Source: Escherichia coli
GTDB taxonomy: Bacteria; Pseudomonadota; Gammaproteobacteria; Enterobacterales; Enterobacteriaceae
Strand: one strand, 5' to 3'
NCBI RefSeq assembly: GCF_030013595.1
Contig: NZ_CP122768.1
DNA: 64,000 nt
Shown: in pieces, positions 31,604 to 40,199 of the stretch
Layout: each line of letters begins with the position of its first letter
How positions within the stretch are numbered: the first letter of the stretch is position 1
Program-made: the position numbers and the translations under genes
The notes under the pieces: generated by a model
What the model saw: the letters and a program-made list of their open reading frames with translations, nothing else
What the model was told of the DNA's origin: nothing
The model's database searches: none

Positions 31604-32152
31604 ATGTCGGAAGTGAGTATCGTAGAAGACGCCCCACGCCCAGTAGTCGCCGAATTGGCAGATCTGTTACAAGCACAACCATTTCATCAGAATCAATATG
31701 ATAACTTATGTCGCTTTATGATTTATTTTTCCCTGGCTGAATCAAAGTTAACATCAATGGCTGCTGGCCTTGGTAGAACTGACGCACTGGCACAGGAACT
31801 GGTTGTGCATAACGGCATGGACAGTCAGACCATAGATGATTGCTATCGTTATTTTATACGACGCTATCGAGACAGCCCTGATAGCGATTACCGCTTCAAT
31901 AAACTGGCCCCGCCTGAGTATGTTAAGAATGCAATCAGAGAACGCTTTGTTACGCTACTTCAGATACAGTCTCCAACAATTGAAGATAAAATCAGCTTTG
32001 TGTTCAAAGTGATTTTTAGGTTACGGCATAATCTTTTCCATGGAGAAAAATGGTCTTACAACCTCGAAGACCAGGAAGCTAATTTTTCACATGCCAGCAA
32101 TGTACTACTATCCTGTTTGACTCTTACTCGCGGGAGTATGTGGCACCCTTGA
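31604..32152 (+). CDS. HEPN-motif protein (putative RNase / abortive-infection-like effector)
   Basis: AAGGGAG RBS; 182 aa containing FRLRHNLFHGEK, which fits the Rx4-6H HEPN motif. Confidence 0.45.
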   Translation: MSEVSIVEDAPRPVVAELADLLQAQPFHQNQYDNLCRFMIYFSLAESKLTSMAAGLGRTDALAQELVVHNGMDSQTIDDCYRYFIRRYRDSPDSDYRFNKLAPPEYVKNAIRERFVTLLQIQSPTIEDKISFVFKVIFRLRHNLFHGEKWSYNLEDQEANFSHASNVLLSCLTLTRGSMWHP

Positions 32153-32403
32153 ATGCTGGATGGATATTACGTATCGTCTGATAAGGGGTATCCAGATGTG
32201 GCTTGCAAAGAATGCCTGAGCATGTCTGTTATCGCAGAGGCGATCCTGCGCAAGCAGCCAGCTGAGTACCTGCATCTAACGCAGACCAGCTGCTCTTAAA
32301 CCGACTTCATTATCAAACATTATTTATTTTTAGCGACTACTTACTACATCTAGTGGTAGCTGAAATAAAATAACCTGCATATAGTGATTTTCGTCGTTTA
32401 AGT

Positions 32404-32500
32404 GCTTGACAATTCTGCACATGGCATTTAACGGTGTCTGTGGTAAACTATCCACAGAATAGTCAACAGTGTTGGATTGTGGATAATCGCCGGATATATG
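32404..32500 (+). promoter_or_regulatory. Putative promoter with palindromic operators upstream of small gene
   Basis: TTGACA at 32404; perfect palindrome tctgtggtaaactatccacaga; second inverted repeat gttggattgtggataatc; strong RBS GGGAGG. Confidence 0.4.
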
Positions 32501-32510
32501 GGGAGGATAA

Positions 32511-32705
32511 ATGGCTAAATATGAACTTCGACCACTGTCAGATAGCCGTAAGGCTGACATTGCTCGCAGTGCATTAGCACAAAATAGAGCCCCTGCTAAG
32601 CCTACTGCTTCAATGTCCTCTGGCTCTGCTTCAATACAGAGATCACGAGATACTGCGCGAGTAATGATGGATCGTGCATTCAGGACAGTTGTAGCCAAAG
32701 GATAA
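32511..32705 (+). CDS. Small hypothetical protein (64 aa)
   Basis: Strong RBS gggaggataaATG; followed by a clean terminator. Confidence 0.45.
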   Translation: MAKYELRPLSDSRKADIARSALAQNRAPAKPTASMSSGSASIQRSRDTARVMMDRAFRTVVAKG

Positions 32706-32722
32706 TTTTACTTTAATTGATT

Positions 32723-32749
32723 AAAGCGCCTTTTTCTGGCGCTTTTTTA
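32723..32749 (+). terminator. Rho-independent terminator
   Basis: agcgcctttttctggcgct hairpin plus T-run. Confidence 0.6.
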
Positions 32750-32764
32750 TTGCGGAAAAACCAA

Positions 32765-33445
32765 ATGGAAAAGCTCTGGGTTTTTACTCAATTAGTTACA
32801 GGGAAAGATGACACATCTGGCTTTTTGGCTTACGCGCTCTATAAGCACGACAAAAATGAATATGCAGAGAAGTTGCGTAGTAGTGGCGAATATACAGAAG
32901 AAGATATTAACGCCCAACTGAAGATCTTTCATGAGCAGACAGTTAACTCGCCAGGCCGAATTGAGTCTTACAAAGAAAAAGCAGAAGCCATCGTCACAAA
33001 CTTAACAGACCAGATAGATGCTGATATCCGGCTTGAGTACGATGCACAGTTAGCCGGTGCTAACTTGCAGGATGTTGAAATAGAACGGCTGAAAGCAGAA
33101 ATACAGGCTATGAAAGCATCACGTGAGAGCGAGCTAAGGAAGGCTGGAGAGGATGCTATTCTCAATTTTCATCGCATGGTTGAAATCACCCAGGCACGCA
33201 AACGTGGGCGTGTTTCCCGCTCGTTAGGATGGTACTGGAATGGGTTTGCCAGCATTTTCGCCACAATAACCTTCGCTGTCATTGTCTATGGTATTTGTAC
33301 TTGGGCATTGCCACAAAAATCCAGAGACGACATTGTGGATGGAGCGTTTAAAAATCTACAGGGATCGTTATTCCAACAGCCAAACATTCAATTTAATAAA
33401 GACAAAAACGAGAACGCTCAGCAACCTAACACAAGTGCCGAATAG
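32765..33445 (+). CDS. Coiled-coil protein with C-terminal transmembrane helix
   Basis: Start at MEKLWVFTQ after the terminator; hydrophobic segment GFASIFATITFAVIVYGICTW; track ORF begins at 32717 inside the terminator. Confidence 0.45.
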   Translation: MEKLWVFTQLVTGKDDTSGFLAYALYKHDKNEYAEKLRSSGEYTEEDINAQLKIFHEQTVNSPGRIESYKEKAEAIVTNLTDQIDADIRLEYDAQLAGANLQDVEIERLKAEIQAMKASRESELRKAGEDAILNFHRMVEITQARKRGRVSRSLGWYWNGFASIFATITFAVIVYGICTWALPQKSRDDIVDGAFKNLQGSLFQQPNIQFNKDKNENAQQPNTSAE

Positions 33446-33622
33446 TATCCCCGCGATGCTCCGGTAGCCTCACCATCTCGCGGGGCTTGCCTTTCCAGGT
33501 GATTGACATGATTACCAGTTTCTGAATACCGTTTTCAACGGTACTGAGCACCCAGGTGACGGTGAAACGTGAAGAATATCGCACCTTATTAAAGGTGCAG
33601 CCCCTCAAAAGAGGGGCTATTC

Positions 33623-33856
33623 TCACTTCTGCAGTATCTCGCCAATACCTGCCAGGTTCTCATCCATCTTGTCACCGTTTTCGATAAGGATGGAGTTGAG
33701 CCGATTCAGTTGCATAGCAATTTCAAGTTTGATTAAAGTATCTACCGATACATCAGTTTCTTTTGCTAACTTAGTAAGAGCCTCAGCCCGATTGGCTAAA
33801 TTAAAATCATCGAACTCATAACGACTTCTGCACGGCTGGTTGCCTAACGTACCCAT
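33623..33856 (-). CDS. Hypothetical small protein (77 aa)
   Basis: Minus-strand ORF with GAGGAA RBS; hairpin gcccctcaaaagaggggc just downstream of its stop. Confidence 0.4.
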   Translation of the reverse strand: MGTLGNQPCRSRYEFDDFNLANRAEALTKLAKETDVSVDTLIKLEIAMQLNRLNSILIENGDKMDENLAGIGEILQK

Positions 33857-34097
33857 AGTGATTCCTCATGATATAAAGACCCAACAATATAAATTACCAG
33901 GCACATCATAAGATAGGGGCCCAGCCCATATTTTCAAATATTTGCAAGTATCACCGTTCAGTCTAAAAACTTGGATGGTTGTTTCACGAGTCATAACAAA
34001 ACCCTGACTCGGCGGGTTTTCTTTTTATAGAACTCTGCGATGCGACAACGAATAATAAATTGTGCAAATAGTGCTGTTTTTATTATTCGAGGTGGAT

Positions 34098-34730
34098 ATG
34101 AGATCATTCTATGAGGACTGGCCTGAAACGTTTGTCACCCGACTTGACATGCTGCGGGCGCTGGATAACCGGGGGGCAACCCGGAGACTCTACACAAAAC
34201 GTACAGGGGCGATTTACAACGCGCTGGCAGACGAGGTTCGTGAGGCTGTGACTGGATTCAATACCAGTGAACTCGACTTAGGACCACTCTACCGGTATTA
34301 CAAACGTGGAGGAGAGAGCGACGCGCTGGCAGACACACTGATCGCACTGGCGCCGACTGTGTGCAGGCGCGTAATGATTTCCCCTGACGTATATACAATA
34401 CCGTACCTGTTTTTTGCGCTGTTGATAGCGCGAGGAGAGGACGACGATGCACGTGATTTTTTCAATATGATGATGCGGCCACTAATCGTGGCGTACCGGT
34501 TCAAACAACTGGCGCGTTATCTGGGAACAAAGGGCGGAGGGAGGCCACAGCACAGGCTAAAAGACGAGGCATTACAGATTGCAGAGGTTTTTTTCACAAA
34601 TAATCCCCACGCACGGGTTAGTGCGGCGGTGGCACGTATTAACGAAATTCTCGTAAAAAAATATGCTGACGTTCCGGCGGAGTCAACTATTAGAAAATGG
34701 TTAACCCATGTTTATGGAAATGAAAAATAA
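34098..34730 (+). CDS. Hypothetical protein (210 aa)
   Basis: RBS gaggtggatATG; track ORF extends upstream from a GTG at 34062. Confidence 0.45.
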   Translation: MRSFYEDWPETFVTRLDMLRALDNRGATRRLYTKRTGAIYNALADEVREAVTGFNTSELDLGPLYRYYKRGGESDALADTLIALAPTVCRRVMISPDVYTIPYLFFALLIARGEDDDARDFFNMMMRPLIVAYRFKQLARYLGTKGGGRPQHRLKDEALQIAEVFFTNNPHARVSAAVARINEILVKKYADVPAESTIRKWLTHVYGNEK

Positions 34731-34877
34731 TAACCATAAACCGTTTTTTCCGGGAATAAACCGTTTAATCAAATTCACGCGGTGAATATAATTGCTCATT
34801 ATTCCCCCATTGCATTTGATGTTATGACATACGATAAAAAATACTGTATATATACAGGGTTTCTGTCAGGGGGAAAT

Positions 34878-35057
34878 ATGAACACACACGAGGCGATCAG
34901 CAAATTACCGGATACGTGCCGGGCTGTAATCAAACGAGAAGAGGGGCGCGTAGTGATTGTACGCGTCCTCAGCGACGACGAGCGGATTGCCAGCCTGCTG
35001 GCGTTTCTCGAGTTGGCAGAAACAGCTGGATATACTATTACACCCCCTGACGCGTAA
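34878..35057 (+). CDS. Hypothetical small protein (59 aa)
   Basis: Internal ATG with GGGGGA RBS. Confidence 0.3.
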   Translation: MNTHEAISKLPDTCRAVIKREEGRVVIVRVLSDDERIASLLAFLELAETAGYTITPPDA

Positions 35058-35134
35058 TACGCGGTATAATACTGGTGCTGGTCTGAACACCCGGCACCAT
35101 TTTCTGAGCACTGCCGCGCCACCTGGAGTTAAAC

Positions 35135-35731
35135 ATGGCGCAGCATTCATTTATCAGGGTATCCGGCGGTTCGCTAATACCCGCGACACCAGACACGCAA
35201 CGCTGGTTGACTGAACGAGTCAAACCAGATGCTGTTGTGTATGCAGATTTCAAACAGGCGCGTAATCCCGCGTTTCATCGTAAATTTTTCTCACTTCTAA
35301 ACCTGGGCTTTGATTACTGGCATCCGTCCGGAGGGGCTATTTCTCCTGCGGAGCGCGAACTGGTCCATGGCTACGTTAAGTTACTGGCGTATTACGGTGG
35401 ACACGGTGATGTCATGGCAGAGCTGGCTGATCAGTATCTTCTCGATGAGTCGGAAAAGCGCGCGGGGAATATCAGTGCGGTGAAGTCGTTCGAGGCGTTT
35501 CGCGCCTGGGCGATTATGGAAGCTGGGTTTTATGACGTTCATCAGATGCCGGATGGCAGTTTGATGCGCGTACCTCGTTCAATCTCGTTTGCTGCGATGG
35601 ACGATCTTGAGTTCGGTCAACTGTATTCAGCCGTTTTAGATGTGCTGTGGAATTATATTTTGTTCCGCACGTTTGCCTCTCAGGAGGCCGCTGAAAATGC
35701 TGCCGCGCAGCTGCTGGATTACACATCATGA
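35135..35731 (+). CDS. Lambdoid nin-region protein (DUF1367-like, tentative)
   Basis: 198-aa ORF with GGAG RBS just upstream of the YbcO-like and Q-like genes. Confidence 0.45.
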   Translation: MAQHSFIRVSGGSLIPATPDTQRWLTERVKPDAVVYADFKQARNPAFHRKFFSLLNLGFDYWHPSGGAISPAERELVHGYVKLLAYYGGHGDVMAELADQYLLDESEKRAGNISAVKSFEAFRAWAIMEAGFYDVHQMPDGSLMRVPRSISFAAMDDLEFGQLYSAVLDVLWNYILFRTFASQEAAENAAAQLLDYTS

Positions 35732-36021
35732 AAAAAATCGACCTGAGAAAAGCTGCATGCGGTCGCGCTTGTACTGTGCGTATCCCCGGTGTGTGTAATC
35801 ACAATCCGGAAACCAGTGTACTGGCTCACTACCGCCTCGCCGGAACGTGCGGCACAGCCATCAAACCTCACGATATGCAGGGCGCTATCGCCTGCAGTGC
35901 GTGTCACGATGCCATCGACGGGCGTACAAAAACGGATTACGAGCACGACTCATTGTTGTTGATGCACGCTGAAGGAGTTTTCAGAACACTGGCTATCTGG
36001 CGCGATGAGGAGTTTATCTGA
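35728..36021 (+). CDS. YbcO-like Cys-rich nin-region protein (putative nuclease)
   Basis: 97 aa with CxxxC ... CSxCHDAIDGRT pattern; resembles DLP12 YbcO as I recall. Confidence 0.45.
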   Translation: MKKIDLRKAACGRACTVRIPGVCNHNPETSVLAHYRLAGTCGTAIKPHDMQGAIACSACHDAIDGRTKTDYEHDSLLLMHAEGVFRTLAIWRDEEFI

Positions 36022-36692
36022 TGAGTAACGAGTATTTATTGGAATATACCCGCATAAAACTGCGTGCTGCATTACGGGATTTGTCTGGTGGTTCTAAGGG
36101 GCAACTGGAAGCATTGTGTGAGCACCCGCCAGCAGATAAAAACGCATACCCACGCAAACATATTCATCGTGTGCAACTGGAGGACCGGACCGTTGATGCT
36201 CTGGTTCCGCCAGTTTATGCCCTGGAAAGTTTCAGCAGACGTCGCCCCGCGCCGCCGATGAATGATTTTGAATTCGCTGATTCATCGTGGCGCCGTGCCG
36301 TGAACGCGCTCGACGTTAGCCAGCAGGCGTGGTTGCGCTATTGCTACGGTGGTAACCTGGCGTTCAAACACCAAACAGCTATTTGTGAGGCTGTCTGGAG
36401 TCGCTATAAAGGAAACATCTCTGCGTCAACTCAGAGAAAAGTAGTCAAGCGCCTGCTTTCGTTGGTGTGGTTGTCCGTGCAGGCGGTCGCAGCAGCAAAT
36501 AAACGCGAGGATTTTAAGGAGATGGCCGGATCTGCGCTAGCTGGAATGTTGTCTGTTTCTCGTTCCACCTGGTGCGAAACATACTCCCCGCACTGGGTAG
36601 GAATGAAAGAGGCGGTGAGAGCACTTGATGAAGTGGCACTTTTTGCAACTTTGCATCATTATCAGAACCATTTAGACGACGTTTGCGTATAA
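36021..36692 (+). CDS. Late-gene antiterminator Q-like protein
   Basis: 223-aa ORF directly upstream of a promoter/terminator pair and the lysis cassette. Confidence 0.5.
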   Translation: MSNEYLLEYTRIKLRAALRDLSGGSKGQLEALCEHPPADKNAYPRKHIHRVQLEDRTVDALVPPVYALESFSRRRPAPPMNDFEFADSSWRRAVNALDVSQQAWLRYCYGGNLAFKHQTAICEAVWSRYKGNISASTQRKVVKRLLSLVWLSVQAVAAANKREDFKEMAGSALAGMLSVSRSTWCETYSPHWVGMKEAVRALDEVALFATLHHYQNHLDDVCV

Positions 36693-36760
36693 TGCTTGCA
36701 AAACCGAACAAAATAGGCCATATTTAACGCTAATTTGGTATGTTGCCAAATTTCTAAGAA

Positions 36761-36784
36761 CCTCGCCACGGCGGGGTTTTGTCG
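36761..36784 (+). terminator. tR'-like terminator in late-operon leader
   Basis: cctcgccacggcgggg hairpin plus ttttgtcgttt between the Q-like gene and holin. Confidence 0.5.
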
Positions 36785-36804
36785 TTTCTGAATCAGGAAA
36801 AATC

Positions 36805-37188
36805 ATGTCTGAACCTCTAACCGCTGGCGTTGCTGCTGGCTCGGCGGGGGTGACGTTTGCTGCGTTATTTCCTGAGGCAACACCTGCAGTGATGATCTGT
36901 GCGCTGGCAGGCGCAGCTCTCTATGTGTTGTCATCCGGGCAGCATCGATTCTGGAAGCAGGTTATTTTCGCACTCATTTCGTTTGTTGGCGGTGTGTATT
37001 GCGCTGAGACAGCATCAGCCATCATTACCGGTATTCTGAATGCGGTGCTGAGTCACCTGAACCCTCCCGTAACAGTAAAAGTCTCTCCCGCCATTGGTGC
37101 ACTGGTTGCATCAGTAATCAGCGTTACATCACTGTTGCGGATCATGTCACAAGCTCGTTTATGGAAATCAGATAAGGGGATGAAATAA
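36805..37188 (+). CDS. Putative holin
   Basis: 127-aa membrane protein with several hydrophobic segments, first late gene before endolysin. Confidence 0.5.
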   Translation: MSEPLTAGVAAGSAGVTFAALFPEATPAVMICALAGAALYVLSSGQHRFWKQVIFALISFVGGVYCAETASAIITGILNAVLSHLNPPVTVKVSPAIGALVASVISVTSLLRIMSQARLWKSDKGMK

Positions 37189-37460
37189 TGACCCTGCACT
37201 CTGTCCTCATCAATGCCAATGCAATTATCTGTCTGATGCTGGCACTGCGGTTGATGTTTTTTCAAAAAACAGGCCGCTATCGTTTTTTTATCTCACTAAC
37301 TGCTTACCTGGCGATTCTGTCTGCTGCGTGGATAGCCCTACGAATTTTTTACGGGAAATATACGCAGGTTGATCCCGCAGAGTTCTTTCTCAACCTCACC
37401 ATCTGTATTGCTGTCTGGCGGGCACGAGGAAATATTTCAAAAATAACAGGAGACAGGTAA
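37188..37460 (+). CDS. Putative holin/antiholin-like membrane protein
   Basis: 90-aa hydrophobic ORF between holin and endolysin. Confidence 0.4.
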   Translation: MTLHSVLINANAIICLMLALRLMFFQKTGRYRFFISLTAYLAILSAAWIALRIFYGKYTQVDPAEFFLNLTICIAVWRARGNISKITGDR

Positions 37461-37939
37461 TGACCGATCCTAAATGGCTAATTGAGGCACGAAAAAATCT
37501 CGGCATCCGGGAAATGAAAGGGAAGCAACATGCTGCAGAAATTGTGCAGTACTGGAAAGATATCAAACGCGGCGGTATTAAGGATGACGAAACACCATGG
37601 TGCGCCGCCTTCACCGGAGCAATGCTGGAACGTGTTGGTATTCGCTCAACGCGTTTTGAGTCTGCGAATTCTTATCTCGATTGGGGTAATGAACTGAAGG
37701 AGCCCGCCTATGGATGCATTGCTATTCTGTCTCGGTCTGGCGGTGGCCACGTTGGTTTTGTTGTCGGGAAAAATGCCGCCGGGGATTTAATGATTTTGGG
37801 TGGCAACCAGGCAGACGCAGTGAATATCAAAGCGTTTCCGAGCTCACGCGTTACCGGCTATCGCTGGCCAACAGGTCAAACGGATGTTCCACAATCACTT
37901 CCATTGGTGAATGCTGAGAAATCTATCTCAGAAGCGTAG
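37460..37939 (+). CDS. Putative endolysin (Cys/His peptidase-type cell-wall hydrolase)
   Basis: 159 aa; ETPWCAAF and GGHVGFVVG motifs suggest CHAP/NlpC-like peptidase; position in lysis cassette. Confidence 0.5.
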   Translation: MTDPKWLIEARKNLGIREMKGKQHAAEIVQYWKDIKRGGIKDDETPWCAAFTGAMLERVGIRSTRFESANSYLDWGNELKEPAYGCIAILSRSGGGHVGFVVGKNAAGDLMILGGNQADAVNIKAFPSSRVTGYRWPTGQTDVPQSLPLVNAEKSISEA

Positions 37940-37946
37940 GTAAAAT

Positions 37947-38138
37947 GTGAAAAAACTCCTCTTAGCTGTCGCGTTCTTCACGCTGGCAGGCTGCACACAT
38001 TCGACATACACCGAAGCGACTCGCGCTGACGGCAGCAGCATTAAACACGTGACGATCGCGCCGGGTACGAAGATTACTACTGCGAACGGTGGTTGTATTG
38101 ATTCAACCGGTGTCGTAACGGCTTGTCAGGCAAAGTGA
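37947..38138 (+). CDS. Small lipoprotein (possible outer-membrane spanin component)
   Basis: MKKLLLAVAFFTLAGC lipobox signal; 63 aa; end of lysis cassette. Confidence 0.45.
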   Translation: MKKLLLAVAFFTLAGCTHSTYTEATRADGSSIKHVTIAPGTKITTANGGCIDSTGVVTACQAK

Positions 38139-38239
38139 TTGTAACTTGCTGTTTTCGGTATTAAGTACCTTGAATTAGGTTTACGAGTTGGCATTATAGA
38201 AAAACTATATGGTTCACTAATGTGACATAAGGAAATATT

Positions 38240-38488
38240 ATGCCTAAGTTAAAACTTGTTAAGACATTGCTATTGCCAGGTAATAATAAGTATGAGATTT
38301 ATGCAAGAAATGAATATAGCAACGTAGAACAAATTATTCACTATAAACTGCGCTCTTGTAAGAACGAGCAAGGCCAGGATGGAATGTCTGAGGCGCAATG
38401 GGTTATTTATGATCCATTGTTTCCATTACCAGATGACCGCAATTATGCAAGTGTATCAAATATAGACGACTATCTGGTCGATTGCTAA
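38240..38488 (+). CDS. Hypothetical moron protein (82 aa)
   Basis: AT-rich; RBS aaggaa; terminator directly downstream. Confidence 0.4.
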   Translation: MPKLKLVKTLLLPGNNKYEIYARNEYSNVEQIIHYKLRSCKNEQGQDGMSEAQWVIYDPLFPLPDDRNYASVSNIDDYLVDC

Positions 38489-38496
38489 GTGAAATC

Positions 38497-38518
38497 AAAC
38501 CGCCTATGGGCGGTTTTT
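38497..38518. terminator. Bidirectional terminator between convergent moron genes
   Basis: aaaccgcctatgggcggttt with A/T runs on both sides. Confidence 0.55.
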
Positions 38519-38561
38519 ATTGCCATCACCATGGGAAGACATATAGTAATGGCATTTATCA

Positions 38562-39032
38562 TTATTCTTTGACGATAATGCTCGACTCTGCTGCTTCGCT
38601 ATCTTTCTTGGCAGAAAGCTCAGCTTTCAACTTCGAAAGGAGAGATGCTTCCATTGCATTAAGTATTGATTCGGTTTCAGAGTTAAATCCAGTGAATTTG
38701 ATAATGCGTTTCGTAACTTTTCCTTTTTCAGCGCTTGCTGCCAGACCGACATCGGTAGCGCTAACTTTCGCGCCTACGTCGCCCTTCAGCGAGTTGCCGT
38801 AATATTCTTCTATTTCGACAGTTTCAGAGATTAAAGTGCGTCTGGCGATGGCAAGTTCTTGCTCGATTTTTGAATAGGAATGTAGAGCCTCAGCTGTAAT
38901 CTCCTCGCTCTCTACTGGGAATGTAGGATTTCTGGTATCGCGAACACTAATATCTCTAACGTCAAAACCAATAATATTCGAGGTAGCAGTTGTTGCTGCG
39001 AGTTTGAGTATTGTCAAAACCAGTTCATTCAT
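38562..39032 (-). CDS. Hypothetical moron protein (156 aa)
   Basis: Minus-strand ORF with GGAGG RBS, convergent with 38240..38488. Confidence 0.4.
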   Translation of the reverse strand: MNELVLTILKLAATTATSNIIGFDVRDISVRDTRNPTFPVESEEITAEALHSYSKIEQELAIARRTLISETVEIEEYYGNSLKGDVGAKVSATDVGLAASAEKGKVTKRIIKFTGFNSETESILNAMEASLLSKLKAELSAKKDSEAAESSIIVKE

Positions 39033-39632
39033 TTTTAGCCTCCAGAGAATTGATTTAAGAATAACAAGTTAATGAAAAATTCCAAATGGCAAACCGGGAC
39101 TGGGCTTGAGCTTCAGAAGCGGTTCCTGTCCGAGTACGTCAAATCATGTGTATCACCGAAAGAATGGTGTGACGCGCAGGGACTGAGCTTCGCAACAGCT
39201 CGCCGACGTATAAAAAACAACTGCGCAATGTGCCAAAGAGCTGGTGGCTGATGAAAGAGACGTTTTACTTAAACGAGAGGCCGCCTTTTTTGTTTCAAGG
39301 CGGCACACATTCAACAGATTAAGGTAACCGATTTGACCATTTAGTTGCGCGCCAGTTGTTCTGAACCATAATCACCTGAAGTATCTCATCTGAAGGCTCC
39401 GCTTCGCGGCGTAAACATTCTCTTAAAGTTGAACAATGTAGATAAGAGGAGCTCGCACGAGTTTGATAGACCTGATGCGAGCCCCCGATTCCTGTCCTGA
39501 AAGGGAGATAGCCCCCCTGGTCGCGGGTCCTTTCCGAAATCCAAAACACCGAGGGTCGGTAGACGCGCAAAAACTCACTCGTTTTTAGTATTTTTTCATT
39601 TTGGGTATTTCCGGTTCCGGTGAGGATTTTTA

Positions 39633-40199
39633 ATGGCAAGTCAGGCTGAGGTCGCAGCACATTTACTGCTATCTGATCGTCGTCTGCGCGATCTTGCAAA
39701 ACTTCCGGGAGCTCCAGTCCCCCAAGGACGTGGCGATTGGGAACTTGACGCATGGCGCCATTTTTATATTCGTTATCTCCGGAGCAATAGACGCGACACA
39801 ACTAGTAATGACGAACCGGAAGCGGGGGACAATTCTCCCGAAAAAAATCGCGAGCAGTGGTTGAAAAATGAGGAACGGCAGGAGCGAATCCTGATGGCTC
39901 GCGTGAAACGCCGCATTCTTGCTAAACGCTACGCGCCAATTGAATTAATCAGCGTAGCTGTATCTCGCGTCGCAGTTGAATTACGTACCCGTGTCGAATC
40001 GTGGCCACCACGGTTAAAAAAGGTGTGGCCGGAAATGCCGCAGGAGGCGAGCAGTGTATTACGAGAGGAGCTGGCAATAGCCCTGAATGAACTGGCAGAC
40101 ATACGAATCGACTTCAGCGATTACGATGTCAGCGATATCGAACGCGATCTCGACAGGGTTGAATCCCTTGCGCGTGACGATACCGATGACGGGGGTTGA
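39633..40199 (+). CDS. Terminase small subunit (Nu1-like)
   Basis: 188-aa ORF immediately upstream of and overlapping the large terminase. Confidence 0.5.
   Translation: MASQAEVAAHLLLSDRRLRDLAKLPGAPVPQGRGDWELDAWRHFYIRYLRSNRRDTTSNDEPEAGDNSPEKNREQWLKNEERQERILMARVKRRILAKRYAPIELISVAVSRVAVELRTRVESWPPRLKKVWPEMPQEASSVLREELAIALNELADIRIDFSDYDVSDIERDLDRVESLARDDTDDGG

Noticed and set aside
32330-32698. 122-aa minus-strand ORF opposite the 64-aa gene
   Set aside because: The plus-strand 64-aa ORF has a strong RBS, promoter and terminator; the minus ORF is antisense to it with no RBS.
39072-39251. 59-aa plus-strand ORF (MKNSKWQTGTGLELQKRFLSEYVKSCVSPKEWCDAQGLSFATARRRIK...) upstream of the terminase small subunit
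   Set aside because: Below the ORF-track size cutoff and no clear RBS; may be an HTH remnant of a small-terminase N-terminus, but the evidence is insufficient.
39319-39801. 160-aa minus-strand ORF overlapping the terminase small subunit
   Set aside because: Antisense to a gene with good context; no RBS.
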